Numbered from the stretch's first letter, positions 1-9,440 are shown. The stretch is DNA of 64,000 nucleotides from Polyangium sp. (GCA_035437985.1 DAOMZH010000001.1:11575-75574), one strand, 5' to 3'. The notes: generated by a model not told the origin, from the sequence alone. A program made the numbers and translations.

Positions 1-1514
1 TGGAAGGCAATCCGGATCGACCCATCATTACCGGACGTGTTTACAATGGTGTGTTCATGCCTCCGTATGCCTTGCCCGAAGGCAAGACGCGGACGACGCT
101 CAAATCGAACAATACGCCAGGTGGTGGTGGGGCCAATGAAATTCGATTCGAGGACAAGGCAGGCGCCGAAGAAATCATGATTGCGGCGCAAAAGGACATG
201 AAGGTCGTTGCGGCCAATGACGTCAAGCGTCACGTAGCCAATAACGATGCATCGATGGTCGGCAACAATGCGTCGCTCGAAGTTGGTGCAAATCAGACGG
301 TCAAGATAACGAAGGGTATGCAGCAAACGATTGGCGCCGATCAATCCGTATCGGTCGGAGGCAATCGAAATGTCGAAATCAATGCCGTCAATTCGTTGAA
401 CGTGCATGGGAGTTCGACGACGAACGTGGGCGGCAATCAATTCGAAATGGATGGCAATCCATTACAAGCCCTTCTCGCGATTGCGGCCGAAGCTGCGGAA
501 AACTTCCTCAATTCGCTGGCCGACAATGCGGTGGCCAACGTGCAGTCGCAAGTCGAAGGCGCCATCAATCAAGTGATGGGGCCGATCAATTCACTCAATT
601 CGCAAGTGCAAGAAATCGCTGGCAATATGCAAGCCGTGGCGAATGGCGATTTGGGCGGAATTGGAGCTATGGCCGCGAATGCCGCGGGTTTGCCCGGAGC
701 AGCCGATTTCGCGCGCTCATTGGCCGGTCCTCCGCCGCCGCCGACTGAAGCAGGCCAAGCCATCGGCGATGCTGCGGGACAAGTCAATCAAGCGGCTACG
801 CAAGCCAATGAAGCGGCGGCGCAGGCCAATGCCCTCACGCAGGTCGCTGCAGAGGCATCGCGCAATGCTTTGCATAATGCGATTCATCAAGGCGTTGGTG
901 GGGCGGAAACGGCGCTCGCCCATGCCATGGGATTCGAGCCCATGGGCGGAGGAGGTTCGTCCGGGGCGAACATGTCGGGGCCCAATGCGCAAGTCGATGG
1001 CGTCGATGCCACGAATCGCGAAAAAGGTCCGGGGCATGCAACGGCGCTCGTGGGCGGAACGCACACAGAAACGATTGGATCGCTCAAGGTTCTCGCTTCG
1101 ATCAAAGACATCGATACGAACGTCGGCGCCGCGAAAACGCAGGACGTTGGTCTCGGTACGTTGCAATTGGCCATTGGTGATTATTCCGAAACCGTTGGGG
1201 CCAGCAAAACCGAAAAGGCGCTTGGTCTCGTCGTGCTCACCAAAGGCGGCGAGAGCGAAAAGGTCGGCGGGTCGAAAACGACGATGGTTGGCGGGGCAAT
1301 TATCGATAAAGTCGACGGAAACCAAGGTATCGAAGCCGGCGGTCCTGCAACGTTCGTAGGCATTTTCCACAAGGTCGAAGCCGGTGGCTCCATTACGTTC
1401 AAATGTGGTGGGAGCGAAGTGGTCATCAACAAGGACGGCATTGAAATCAAATCCCCCATCGTCGCCTTCCTGGCGCCGAAGATTCATTTGCCGCAAAAAG
1501 TCACGGAGCTTTGA
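1..1514 (+). CDS. vgrG: T6SS-type spike protein VgrG, C-terminal ~500 aa (5' end outside window)
   Basis: Frame open from nt 3. EGNPDRPIITGRVYNG...TTLKSNNTPGGGGANEIRFEDKAGAEEI matches the VgrG/gp5 core also present in the second VgrG here (DRPIVTGRVYNE...GGFNEIKFEDKAGMEL). Repetitive beta-helix-like tail. Stop at 1512-1514. Confidence 0.9.
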   Translation, partial: EGNPDRPIITGRVYNGVFMPPYALPEGKTRTTLKSNNTPGGGGANEIRFEDKAGAEEIMIAAQKDMKVVAANDVKRHVANNDASMVGNNASLEVGANQTVKITKGMQQTIGADQSVSVGGNRNVEINAVNSLNVHGSSTTNVGGNQFEMDGNPLQALLAIAAEAAENFLNSLADNAVANVQSQVEGAINQVMGPINSLNSQVQEIAGNMQAVANGDLGGIGAMAANAAGLPGAADFARSLAGPPPPPTEAGQAIGDAAGQVNQAATQANEAAAQANALTQVAAEASRNALHNAIHQGVGGAETALAHAMGFEPMGGGGSSGANMSGPNAQVDGVDATNREKGPGHATALVGGTHTETIGSLKVLASIKDIDTNVGAAKTQDVGLGTLQLAIGDYSETVGASKTEKALGLVVLTKGGESEKVGGSKTTMVGGAIIDKVDGNQGIEAGGPATFVGIFHKVEAGGSITFKCGGSEVVINKDGIEIKSPIVAFLAPKIHLPQKVTEL

Positions 1515-2065
1515 TGCAGGCGCACAAAACGGATGGTGCATTGATCGAAGACGTCCAGACAAACCCACCGGATGTCGAAGCACCTCCGAAAATTTCCCTC
1601 GAGACGTTGCTCGACGAATCCCCGGCGCCTCGAGGGCAAACCCACGGTGCATTGCCCGAATTTTCGCCGACCGTTACTCGCTCGGCGAAAATCATTCGTG
1701 TCGCCGGGCGTAAAGCCACGGTTACTTTTCGAGGAGATTCGACAGAGTTCGACGTGACAATCCCTTCCGATGTCGACCCGGAATTCATTGCCGAGGCTCA
1801 TGCGGCGGGGCAAAACGTCATGGTCGAATGGACCCGCGGTGCTGAGCCGGTCATCGTGGGCGTGCTGCAGACACGAAATCCGCGCGAATTGCATTTGAAA
1901 GCCGAATCGATACATATCGAGGGGGAGCGGGAAGTGCTTTTCAAATCGGGGCGAGGGGCCTTACGGATTCGCGAAGATGGGGATGTCGAACTCATCGGAA
2001 GTCGGATCAGCGCGGCATCACGGGGGCTTTTCCGCATCGTGGGGCGGCTCTTGCGGCTGAATTGA
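1514..2065 (+). CDS. VgrG-coupled hypothetical protein (183 aa)
   Basis: ATG at 1514 overlaps the vgrG stop (TGATG). The C-terminal half (ESIHIEGEREVLFKSGRGALRIREDGDVELIG) resembles the short beta-helix turns at the VgrG tip. I cannot name a family with certainty. Confidence 0.6.
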   Translation: MQAHKTDGALIEDVQTNPPDVEAPPKISLETLLDESPAPRGQTHGALPEFSPTVTRSAKIIRVAGRKATVTFRGDSTEFDVTIPSDVDPEFIAEAHAAGQNVMVEWTRGAEPVIVGVLQTRNPRELHLKAESIHIEGEREVLFKSGRGALRIREDGDVELIGSRISAASRGLFRIVGRLLRLN

Positions 2066-2075
2066 GGAATTGTCG

Positions 2076-3083
2076 ATGATCACAGCGCTCGGAAAAACGC
2101 CGCTTGCGCATACGCAAGTGACGGCGCGGCTCGAGCAGCCGCTTGTGGACGGGACAAACGTGTTGTTTTGCTCCACCTTTCAATTGGCGTGGAGCGAACT
2201 TCGGAATTCGTTTGGCGGGACTGTACGTTTGGACGGAGACCCGCAATTGGCGCTCGATCTCGAACGCCCTGGACCTGTGGCGGAGGAAATCGACGGCGCA
2301 TCGTGCGTCGTGGGAAGTGGAGTAGGGGCGCCTTTTTTGGCGAAGCTCGACAAAGAATTGCGCCAGAAATTTGGCAATCGTGATGACTTCATGCTTCCTG
2401 AGCGGCTCGATCCAGATGCGGTTTTGGCGTATGCGTATCTGTCGAAGGACCTCGAATTTGGGACACCGTTTGCCGTGAATCGGAATGCGGGAATCATGTT
2501 TCGGGGAGGAGAACGCGTAGCCCATTTTGGCATTTGGGCTGACGGGGACGATAAGGTACGGAACCAGCGGGCCAAACAAGTCATCGTGCATCATTATGGT
2601 GATGGCGGGGCGTTTGTCCTGGAATTGCTGACGAAAGTGGACTCGGATCGTCTGATCATTGCGCGCATTCCGAGGGGGCAGACGCTGCTCGAGACCGCGG
2701 ATACGGCAATGACCTATGCCAATCAAAAGCCCGGATTTTTCACGCGTATACGTGGAAAAACCGAGGTCGATTCTGCTGAAGTCGTCCGCATTCCGATCAT
2801 TCAAGTCGACTTGATTCGTTCGTTCGTGGAACTTGCCGGTCGCAAAATCATTGGAAAAACAGCATTCATTGAAGACGCAAAGCAGCGTATTCGAATGAGC
2901 CTCGATGAAAAAGGCGCGGTTTTGCGTTCGGCTGGGGTTGTTCTCACGCAGCGCAGCGCGCCCCAGGGGCGGCGGTTCATTTGCGACCAGCCTTTTTTGG
3001 TGGCAATGATTCGTAAAGGCTGCCGATATCCGTATTTCGCGTTATGGCTCGAGGATCCGGAGTTATTCGTGAAAACGCCCTGA
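2076..3083 (+). CDS. Divergent, short serpin-fold protein (335 aa, no signal peptide)
   Basis: GAGGAA sits 6 nt before ATG 2076. Serpin landmarks in order: NVLFCSTFQLAW (N.vfSP.S), VRIPIIQVDLIRSFVEL (lPkf.i...dL), hinge/RCL-like LDEKGAVLRSAGVVLTQRSAPQGRRF, then FICDQPFLVAMIR...P.F (F.adhPFlf.I). Confidence 0.65.
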   Translation: MITALGKTPLAHTQVTARLEQPLVDGTNVLFCSTFQLAWSELRNSFGGTVRLDGDPQLALDLERPGPVAEEIDGASCVVGSGVGAPFLAKLDKELRQKFGNRDDFMLPERLDPDAVLAYAYLSKDLEFGTPFAVNRNAGIMFRGGERVAHFGIWADGDDKVRNQRAKQVIVHHYGDGGAFVLELLTKVDSDRLIIARIPRGQTLLETADTAMTYANQKPGFFTRIRGKTEVDSAEVVRIPIIQVDLIRSFVELAGRKIIGKTAFIEDAKQRIRMSLDEKGAVLRSAGVVLTQRSAPQGRRFICDQPFLVAMIRKGCRYPYFALWLEDPELFVKTP

Positions 3084-3102
3084 ATCCGAGCCAGATTTGA
3101 GC

Positions 3103-3146
3103 CCTCGCTTCGCGCGCTAACAAGCGCGCTCCGCGAGGTTTTGTTT
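3103..3146 (+). terminator. Rho-independent terminator candidate for the vgrG operon
   Basis: Outer stem CCTCGC(3103-3108)/GCGAGG(3133-3138) encloses GCGCGCT-aaca-AGCGCGC (3112-3129). It is followed directly by TTTTGTTT (3139-3146), 20 nt after the stop codon. Confidence 0.6.
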
Positions 3147-3233
3147 ACGATGGGGGCTCGCAGCCGGCGCTCCAGGTGCTTTTGCTGCGTAAAAGCACGC
3201 GCCGACTGCTCTGCCCCCATACCCCCGAAATCA

Positions 3234-3255
3234 CCCCTTCTCGAATTAGAAGGGG
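3234..3255 (-). terminator. Hairpin downstream of the PAAR-Rhs gene (weak terminator candidate)
   Basis: CCCCTTCT-cgaatt-AGAAGGGG is a perfect 8-bp stem 14 nt after the Rhs stop. On the minus strand it is followed by TGATTTCG, a poor U-tract. A further hairpin, GTGCTTTT/AAAAGCAC, lies at 3176-3198. Confidence 0.35.
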
Positions 3256-3268
3256 TATTCGAATTCGG

Positions 3269-6200
3269 TTACGGATTTCCCGGCTGCGGCTGAATATCGT
3301 TGCGCCAGCGACCCAAGCCATTGACGCGCAAACCGGTGGGCGGCGTGCCGGAAGGCATTCCGCTGACCAGGCCGGAATAACCCTTGTTGCCAAGCCAGGA
3401 GCTGTTGAAGAGCGCTTGGCCGCCCGAAGAGGTCGCGCCAGTCCTATTGGCAACGGCTTGTGACACGCTCGGTCCGCCGCGCGGCGACGTAGCACTGTTA
3501 CAGGCCACGACGTCGACTCGTGCGCCAGGCGCTTGTCCATTGAATCCGGCTGCATTGAGGCGATCTCCAAGCTCGGTGCCATTGATGTAATTACCACCCC
3601 ATTCAATCGAACCAGGAGCACCGTGCGTGTCGATCATGACCTGCGTTTCGCCTGCCAAACTGCCCGGAGTCACTTGATCGGGGCGCAAGATGCGCGCTCC
3701 GGGATATTGCGTCGGGTAATTGACGTAATAGTCGTTGTTCAAGCCTGGATCGTTCGAGGCCGTGATGATCGTGAGTAGACCCAGCGGGTCGATGTAATAC
3801 GTCGTGTTCGGGACGAACCCAACGTCTTGTACCGACCCTTCCATGCCGAGCGGGTCGGGGGTCAGGTAAATATGCAAATCCGGGTCGTAATATCGATTGC
3901 GGTTATAATGCAATCCCGTTACGCCGTCCGCGCGTTGCCCGGCAAAACGCAAGGCTCCAATCTCACCGTTTGACCGGGCCACCTCGCCCCAGGCCGATAG
4001 CTCGACTTCTGCTGTTTGTCCCTCTTTACCGAAATACACGAACGGCGTGGCTGCGGCATCTGTAGCAACCAATTGCAATCCTGCGCCATCGCGGCCTTCG
4101 AGCAACGGCGTGTATCCGTCTTCGGCAAAAACACGCAAAACTCGATTGCCCGTCGTCGTTTGTTCTTCGACCGGAGAATTGCCGTCCCAGCCAAACCATG
4201 TCGTGGCGCCATTGATCGTTTCGGCCATGCGCCGACCGAATGGATCGTACAGATATTGAATGCGCAGACCATCGCCGCGAAAGGCTTCCGTCAGTTGGTC
4301 TTCTTCATCGTACGTATAACGCCACGTACGCATCGGATCGGGCGCGTGACGTTCGGACAAACGCCCGCGTCGATCCCAATAAAGCGCAACGTCCCCTACA
4401 CGCGTCGGTCGTCCACCTGCGCCAAGCCACCAGTTTTGCCCTTCGGGAACCGCCGTTCCGTGCGCCGAATATTGGAATCGTTCTTCCGCGCCAAGCCCGC
4501 GCACCGCAGTCGGTCGGCCGAAAACGTCCAAATCATAATGCCGGCTTCCCGCGACCGAATCACGAATATCCGTGAGTGGACCCGTGGTCGACCAGGCATA
4601 AGCACGTTCCCGCAAGACATCGCCCTGGGAATTCTTGATGGAGATCTGTTCCGGGAAGCCAAACGAATTTCGTTTGGTTTCAATAGACAATCCATCGCTA
4701 CGGCGCCGGGAAACTTCGCGCCCCGCCAAGTCTCGTTTGACCTGGAGCGTCTCGGAACCGAGCGGCGAATCCACCGTAATCGATTCGGCGTCTTTTTCAT
4801 TCTTGTTCCGGACGCCCCAACCCGTCGAATACTTTCGTTCGATGATGCGCCCTTCCGCATCATGACGATACTTGACCTCGAATCGGAATCCTCCGGCGCT
4901 TTGCACTTCGCGCACGAGCCGCCCAGCTTCGTCGTATCCGTATTCGACTTGCGCCACGCCCGAGCGCGCATTCACGAGCCGTCCGTCGTTATCGTAAGCA
5001 TAACGCGGCCCACCACCACCGGGGAATTCGCGACCCACGACGCGTCCGAGGGAATCGCGCCGTTCCATGACACGAGTTTCGTCGGGCTGCAAAATCATCG
5101 ACAGACGATCGGTGCCGTCGTATTCGTACCCAAAGGCCAAACCCGCAAAGGTTTGTTGCCGAATGGGATTGCCCGCCGCGTCGTAACGAATGCTGTATCG
5201 TTCACCAGCCGGATTTTCGACCCATTGCAATCGCAAAAGCGCGTCGTATCCCATGCGGAAACGGCCGCCATCACCTTGCACCTGTTCGACGAGCGCCCCG
5301 GCAACCCAACGATTGCGTCGTTCACCTCCGCCCGCAAAACGCACCCCGACGACTTTGTGCATCACGTCGGGCAAGTATTCGACACGTTGCTCGTTCGGCC
5401 CCTCGAAACTCACCAAATCGCCGCGTGAATCGTATTCCAAACGATATTCAGCGCCAGTGGGCGTGCGCAAAGAAACCGGTTGTCCCAGCAAATCGAACGA
5501 ATATCGGAATTCGCCACCTTTGGCGGTTTTGTAACACGACAGATTACCGTGCGCGTCGTATTCGAGTTCGTCCTGGCTACCATCGGGCCATGTGACGGCG
5601 GTGTTTTTCCCGCGCGAATCGTATTTGGCTGTGGTTTTTCCGCCGCTTTCGTCAACATGCTCGGCAACTTTGCCTTTTTGCATGCGTACGCGAGCGCGTC
5701 CGCCACCTGGGAGCACCATCGTGCGGGTGCCCGTGGCGTCGTCATATTGGAAGCGTAATGTCGCGCCATCGGGCATCGTCATGGCCGCAATGCGCCCTGC
5801 GGCGTCGTATTGGCGGCGCGTGACCCCTAGCGATCCATCGGTGACCGAGATGACTCGACCCAAAGCATCATATCGGAATATCGTGGCGTGTCCGCGCGGA
5901 TCGACAAACTTCTCGACGAGGCCGAAATCATTTCCGCTGTATCGCCGAACATGTCCCAATGCATCGGTGACTGCCGAATCGCGGCGTCCCGGACCATAAG
6001 CAATGCGGGCGTGGAAAATGCCCTTGGGCCGGTGTCCACCGTCGTTGCCCGAACCCAATTCCGCCAAAATATCAGCATTGGGGCGTTCCCCCCAGGTTTC
6101 GACGCAACGTTTTTCGCCAAAAACCTCGGTGTAGACGAAACGATAGGTAATTCCGTCCGGCTGATGCTCGGCCACCATGTAATGGTTTTCGTCGTATTCG

Positions 6201-7387
6201 TAGCGCGTGATGACGCCTCCGGCATCGGTCACTTGCGCCAAATCGCCATTGGCATTGACCAAATATGAAACGAGCGTTTTTTGATGCTCGAGTCCGTCGC
6301 CATCGACGAATTTCAATATCCAGGTCGATTCCCAACCATTTCGTTGCAATTCGGCGCGTCGACCCACGGAATCGACAATACCCACGACTTCGTCACCATC
6401 CCAGGTGACTTTCGCGTTATTGCCGAATTCGTCGCGGAGTTCGGAAAGTACGTACCGATTCGAACCTTCGACAGCGCGCAAGATTCGCACCATGCCGTCA
6501 TTCAAATCGATGCTGATCGTTTCCCCATCGGCGTGGATTTTGCGCCCATAAGGCATCAATCCAACTTCATTCGATTTGGGCAATTCGAATGTCGTTTCCG
6601 CATTGCCGTCATCAATGAGCGTGAAGCGCTGGCCATTTCGTTCGCCACGCCACGCCAAATTATGCGACCAGCCCCAACCCAGGCCAATGCGGTGATTCAC
6701 GCCGGACGTGCGATAACTGCGTTTCCAGCGAACCCAAATATAGCCGGGCAATGTAAAATCAACGCATTCCGGCGTATACATCGTGCCCGTCACGACATCG
6801 ACGGGGTGACCTGCGGCCGCTTGTCCTTCCGCACCCGGAGGCGCCGGAGGACTTGGCGACGCTGCGCCCGAATTGCTTCCACCTCCGTCACCACCACCAT
6901 TACTTGGCCCAGACGGACCACCTGAATTCGGTCCACCTTGACCCGGACCTCCAGGCCCACCCCCAGGTCCACCAGCACCACCCGCGCCCGATGCATTCGC
7001 ACCAGCACCAAATGTGGGGCACTTGTTCATTTGTCCAAGCGAACCCGTGATGCCCGCCATGCCGAGCTCGATCAGAATCAACGGAGCACCGAGCCAGGGA
7101 AAACACGGTCCCGTAATGTTTAGACTGACAATCTCGCGCAAAGTGCCCGGCTCATTGCCGTGACACTTCGACATACATCCGCCGACCGTGAGGATTTTCG
7201 ACCCCTCGATCTTCGTGCGCATGCACGGATCCGTAATGCCTTCCGCCGTATTACCGAAGGTCGGATACGGAATGGGGAGAGGCGCAGGGGCTGCAGGAGT
7301 CAGACAAACGCTGACTGCGAACCCAATTTGGGAGTGCGCCGATTTTTGCGTGATGGTGTCGAGGAAATAAGCAGTGACCTTCCCCAT
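3269..7387 (-). CDS. PAAR-like (DUF4150-type) Rhs/YD-repeat polymorphic toxin with C-terminal clan-CD (C80/CPD-like) cysteine protease-like tip
   Basis: N-terminus PLPIPYPTFGNT...CHGNEPGTLREIVS is DUF4150-like, followed by a Gly-rich linker and many YD repeats. Rhs core end is GLHYNRNRYYDPDLHIYLTPDPLG...IDPLGL. The 168-aa tip has IDTHGAPG...VDVVACNSA. Confidence 0.9.
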   Translation of the reverse strand: MGKVTAYFLDTITQKSAHSQIGFAVSVCLTPAAPAPLPIPYPTFGNTAEGITDPCMRTKIEGSKILTVGGCMSKCHGNEPGTLREIVSLNITGPCFPWLGAPLILIELGMAGITGSLGQMNKCPTFGAGANASGAGGAGGPGGGPGGPGQGGPNSGGPSGPSNGGGDGGGSNSGAASPSPPAPPGAEGQAAAGHPVDVVTGTMYTPECVDFTLPGYIWVRWKRSYRTSGVNHRIGLGWGWSHNLAWRGERNGQRFTLIDDGNAETTFELPKSNEVGLMPYGRKIHADGETISIDLNDGMVRILRAVEGSNRYVLSELRDEFGNNAKVTWDGDEVVGIVDSVGRRAELQRNGWESTWILKFVDGDGLEHQKTLVSYLVNANGDLAQVTDAGGVITRYEYDENHYMVAEHQPDGITYRFVYTEVFGEKRCVETWGERPNADILAELGSGNDGGHRPKGIFHARIAYGPGRRDSAVTDALGHVRRYSGNDFGLVEKFVDPRGHATIFRYDALGRVISVTDGSLGVTRRQYDAAGRIAAMTMPDGATLRFQYDDATGTRTMVLPGGGRARVRMQKGKVAEHVDESGGKTTAKYDSRGKNTAVTWPDGSQDELEYDAHGNLSCYKTAKGGEFRYSFDLLGQPVSLRTPTGAEYRLEYDSRGDLVSFEGPNEQRVEYLPDVMHKVVGVRFAGGGERRNRWVAGALVEQVQGDGGRFRMGYDALLRLQWVENPAGERYSIRYDAAGNPIRQQTFAGLAFGYEYDGTDRLSMILQPDETRVMERRDSLGRVVGREFPGGGGPRYAYDNDGRLVNARSGVAQVEYGYDEAGRLVREVQSAGGFRFEVKYRHDAEGRIIERKYSTGWGVRNKNEKDAESITVDSPLGSETLQVKRDLAGREVSRRRSDGLSIETKRNSFGFPEQISIKNSQGDVLRERAYAWSTTGPLTDIRDSVAGSRHYDLDVFGRPTAVRGLGAEERFQYSAHGTAVPEGQNWWLGAGGRPTRVGDVALYWDRRGRLSERHAPDPMRTWRYTYDEEDQLTEAFRGDGLRIQYLYDPFGRRMAETINGATTWFGWDGNSPVEEQTTTGNRVLRVFAEDGYTPLLEGRDGAGLQLVATDAAATPFVYFGKEGQTAEVELSAWGEVARSNGEIGALRFAGQRADGVTGLHYNRNRYYDPDLHIYLTPDPLGMEGSVQDVGFVPNTTYYIDPLGLLTIITASNDPGLNNDYYVNYPTQYPGARILRPDQVTPGSLAGETQVMIDTHGAPGSIEWGGNYINGTELGDRLNAAGFNGQAPGARVDVVACNSATSPRGGPSVSQAVANRTGATSSGGQALFNSSWLGNKGYSGLVSGMPSGTPPTGLRVNGLGRWRNDIQPQPGNP

Positions 7388-7424
7388 GCCGGGATGATCG
7401 CACGTCGGACGTCACTTCGGCAAC

Positions 7425-9383
7425 CTACTTAATGCTTCGCGACGGCAAATTGTGGGCGAGTAAGAGCGGAAAATTGCCTTTGGACTTTCGTTCACGGTGA
7501 GCCGCATGCATCAACAATGCTTCGCCATCGATTTGCCACGGCCAGGACTGATACCCGCCGCCCCGCACGACTTCGGGAATTTCCTGCGGATCCCACGATC
7601 GACCGTCATCGGGCGCGCCTTCGTAATTCGCATGCCAACCGTCTTCCACCCATGTCCCCCATCCAAGACCACGAACCCCAAACAAAAACCCCGTTTCTTC
7701 GCCAAGTCCGCCTTGTAGTGCGTTCTCGACAAACTTGCGCGGGTCGTGTTTGCGACTGTCGTCTTCCATCGAGATCCACGCTCGTGAATCGCGGTGTCGC
7801 GCAACGTATTCCCATTCTGCTTCGCTGAGCAATCGCGCGCCCAGACGCTCGGCATATTCAGCTGCCGCCAAAGGTTTGAAAAGACAAATGCCCACCATCT
7901 CCGTCACATCCGACTTGTCTTCGACTTGATGTGCGAGCACCGGCATTTCAGCACAGAGGAACGGAGGGACAAACACCTTGTGGGCAGGCCGCGCGATCTT
8001 CACCAACTCCTGAACATGCTCTTTCGCTTCATCACTCCAGGTTTTCGTCAGCCGCGTGAGGGCCTGTTTGTCCGAGGTGCTCAGGCCCATCTCGAACTCG
8101 TCACCAGCAATGGCAATCCACACGATGTCCGTCGTTGGATCCTTCAAGCGTGGAAAAAGATTGATCGGTGTTGGCTCGAGAATTTCAATGTCTGGACCGA
8201 GTTTCTTGGCCAAGGCGGTCGTGACGCGATGATGCTCGGCGTCGCTGAGACAAACCCACTTCTCGATGCGATGAAGCTCGGGCCAATCGTTGGTGGTCGA
8301 AACATTTCGCCTGCTGCCCCGAGGTTTGGCTGGACGTACTTCCGCTACAGGTGCAGGTGCGGGTGCTGCTGGTGCGGCCCCTGCGATCTCGTTGGTTGTG
8401 AGGTCGATCTTGCACTCGGGTAACCAGCTCTGAATTTGCTCCCGATGCGGGAAGATTGCGGGTTTGAGGCCCAAATAGAGCATGCGCAGATTCTTCAACT
8501 TCGAAAGGCTCGGTGATACACGTTTGAGCGGGTTGATTCCCACGGACAATTTTTCCAAAGCTGCCAACTCGAACACCCATTCGGGAATCTCTTCGAGCCC
8601 ACACCTTCCGAGCACGAGGTCTTTCAGACGAGCGAGTTTGCCCAGGGACGTTGGAAGACGAGGAAATACGGTACGCATCTCGATGTACAGCGAGCGCAAC
8701 GTCTGCAGATTTCCGAGATCGTCAGACAAGGTATCGAGCTTCTGGTTTTCATCGAGGGAGAGCGTTTCGAGTTTGTCGAGGGAACCAATCCAGGACGGCA
8801 GTCGGGTGAGCGGTGTTCGGGAGAGCGTCAAGTTGCGTAGAGACGTTAATGCGCCTGCCTTGTCCGGAAAAACGGTCAAGGGTACGTCACGCAGGAGCAA
8901 TGTGTGCAGCGGCGGTAGATGGGCGAGAGCTTCACCAAGGTTTGTCAATCGAGGTGCCCACTGGAGCGATAGTTCTTGCAATGACGTTAGTGGCGACAAA
9001 TCCGGCAACGTGCGCAGCTCTCCGACAGTTTTCAGACCGAGAACTCGAAGGTGAGGCAACAAGGTGAGTGTTGGTGGTAACTGCGTAAATTCATCACCTC
9101 CAAGCTCCAATACTTCGAGAGCTTCGAGCGAGCTCAGTTCGTTCGGGAGTTCGTCGAGTCCAGTGCAGTAGAGATTGAGGACCCGAAGTGTTTTGAGCTC
9201 AAACAACCAGTCCGGCAGCTTTTGCAGAGAGTTGCCGGAGATGTCCAAGACCTCGAGTTGGGTGAGTTTGGCGATGGATTTGGGGAGGGTGCGCAGGTGT
9301 CGATCGGCGAGCACGAGTTCACGTGCTGACTGTGCGTGCTTAACAGCTTCGTTGACGTTGGTGAAGCGGGTCGGGGGTGTCAT
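7425..9383 (-). CDS. Leucine-rich-repeat protein fused to a SUMF1/formylglycine-generating-enzyme-like domain
   Basis: About 14 LRRs (LxxLxLxxNxLxxLP) in the N-terminal half and a Pro/Ala linker. The C-terminal half has IAIAGDEFEMG, RLLSEAEWEYVAR, GWGTWVEDGW and VVRGGGY (FGE-sulfatase pattern). GAGGAA RBS before ATG 9383; the ORF-track GTG start is at 9413. Confidence 0.8.
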   Translation of the reverse strand: MTPPTRFTNVNEAVKHAQSARELVLADRHLRTLPKSIAKLTQLEVLDISGNSLQKLPDWLFELKTLRVLNLYCTGLDELPNELSSLEALEVLELGGDEFTQLPPTLTLLPHLRVLGLKTVGELRTLPDLSPLTSLQELSLQWAPRLTNLGEALAHLPPLHTLLLRDVPLTVFPDKAGALTSLRNLTLSRTPLTRLPSWIGSLDKLETLSLDENQKLDTLSDDLGNLQTLRSLYIEMRTVFPRLPTSLGKLARLKDLVLGRCGLEEIPEWVFELAALEKLSVGINPLKRVSPSLSKLKNLRMLYLGLKPAIFPHREQIQSWLPECKIDLTTNEIAGAAPAAPAPAPVAEVRPAKPRGSRRNVSTTNDWPELHRIEKWVCLSDAEHHRVTTALAKKLGPDIEILEPTPINLFPRLKDPTTDIVWIAIAGDEFEMGLSTSDKQALTRLTKTWSDEAKEHVQELVKIARPAHKVFVPPFLCAEMPVLAHQVEDKSDVTEMVGICLFKPLAAAEYAERLGARLLSEAEWEYVARHRDSRAWISMEDDSRKHDPRKFVENALQGGLGEETGFLFGVRGLGWGTWVEDGWHANYEGAPDDGRSWDPQEIPEVVRGGGYQSWPWQIDGEALLMHAAHRERKSKGNFPLLLAHNLPSRSIK

Positions 9384-9440
9384 CGAGGTTCCTCTTGACG
9401 CACCCCGTACCACTTCGGCAAACCTTTGGCAATATTAACG

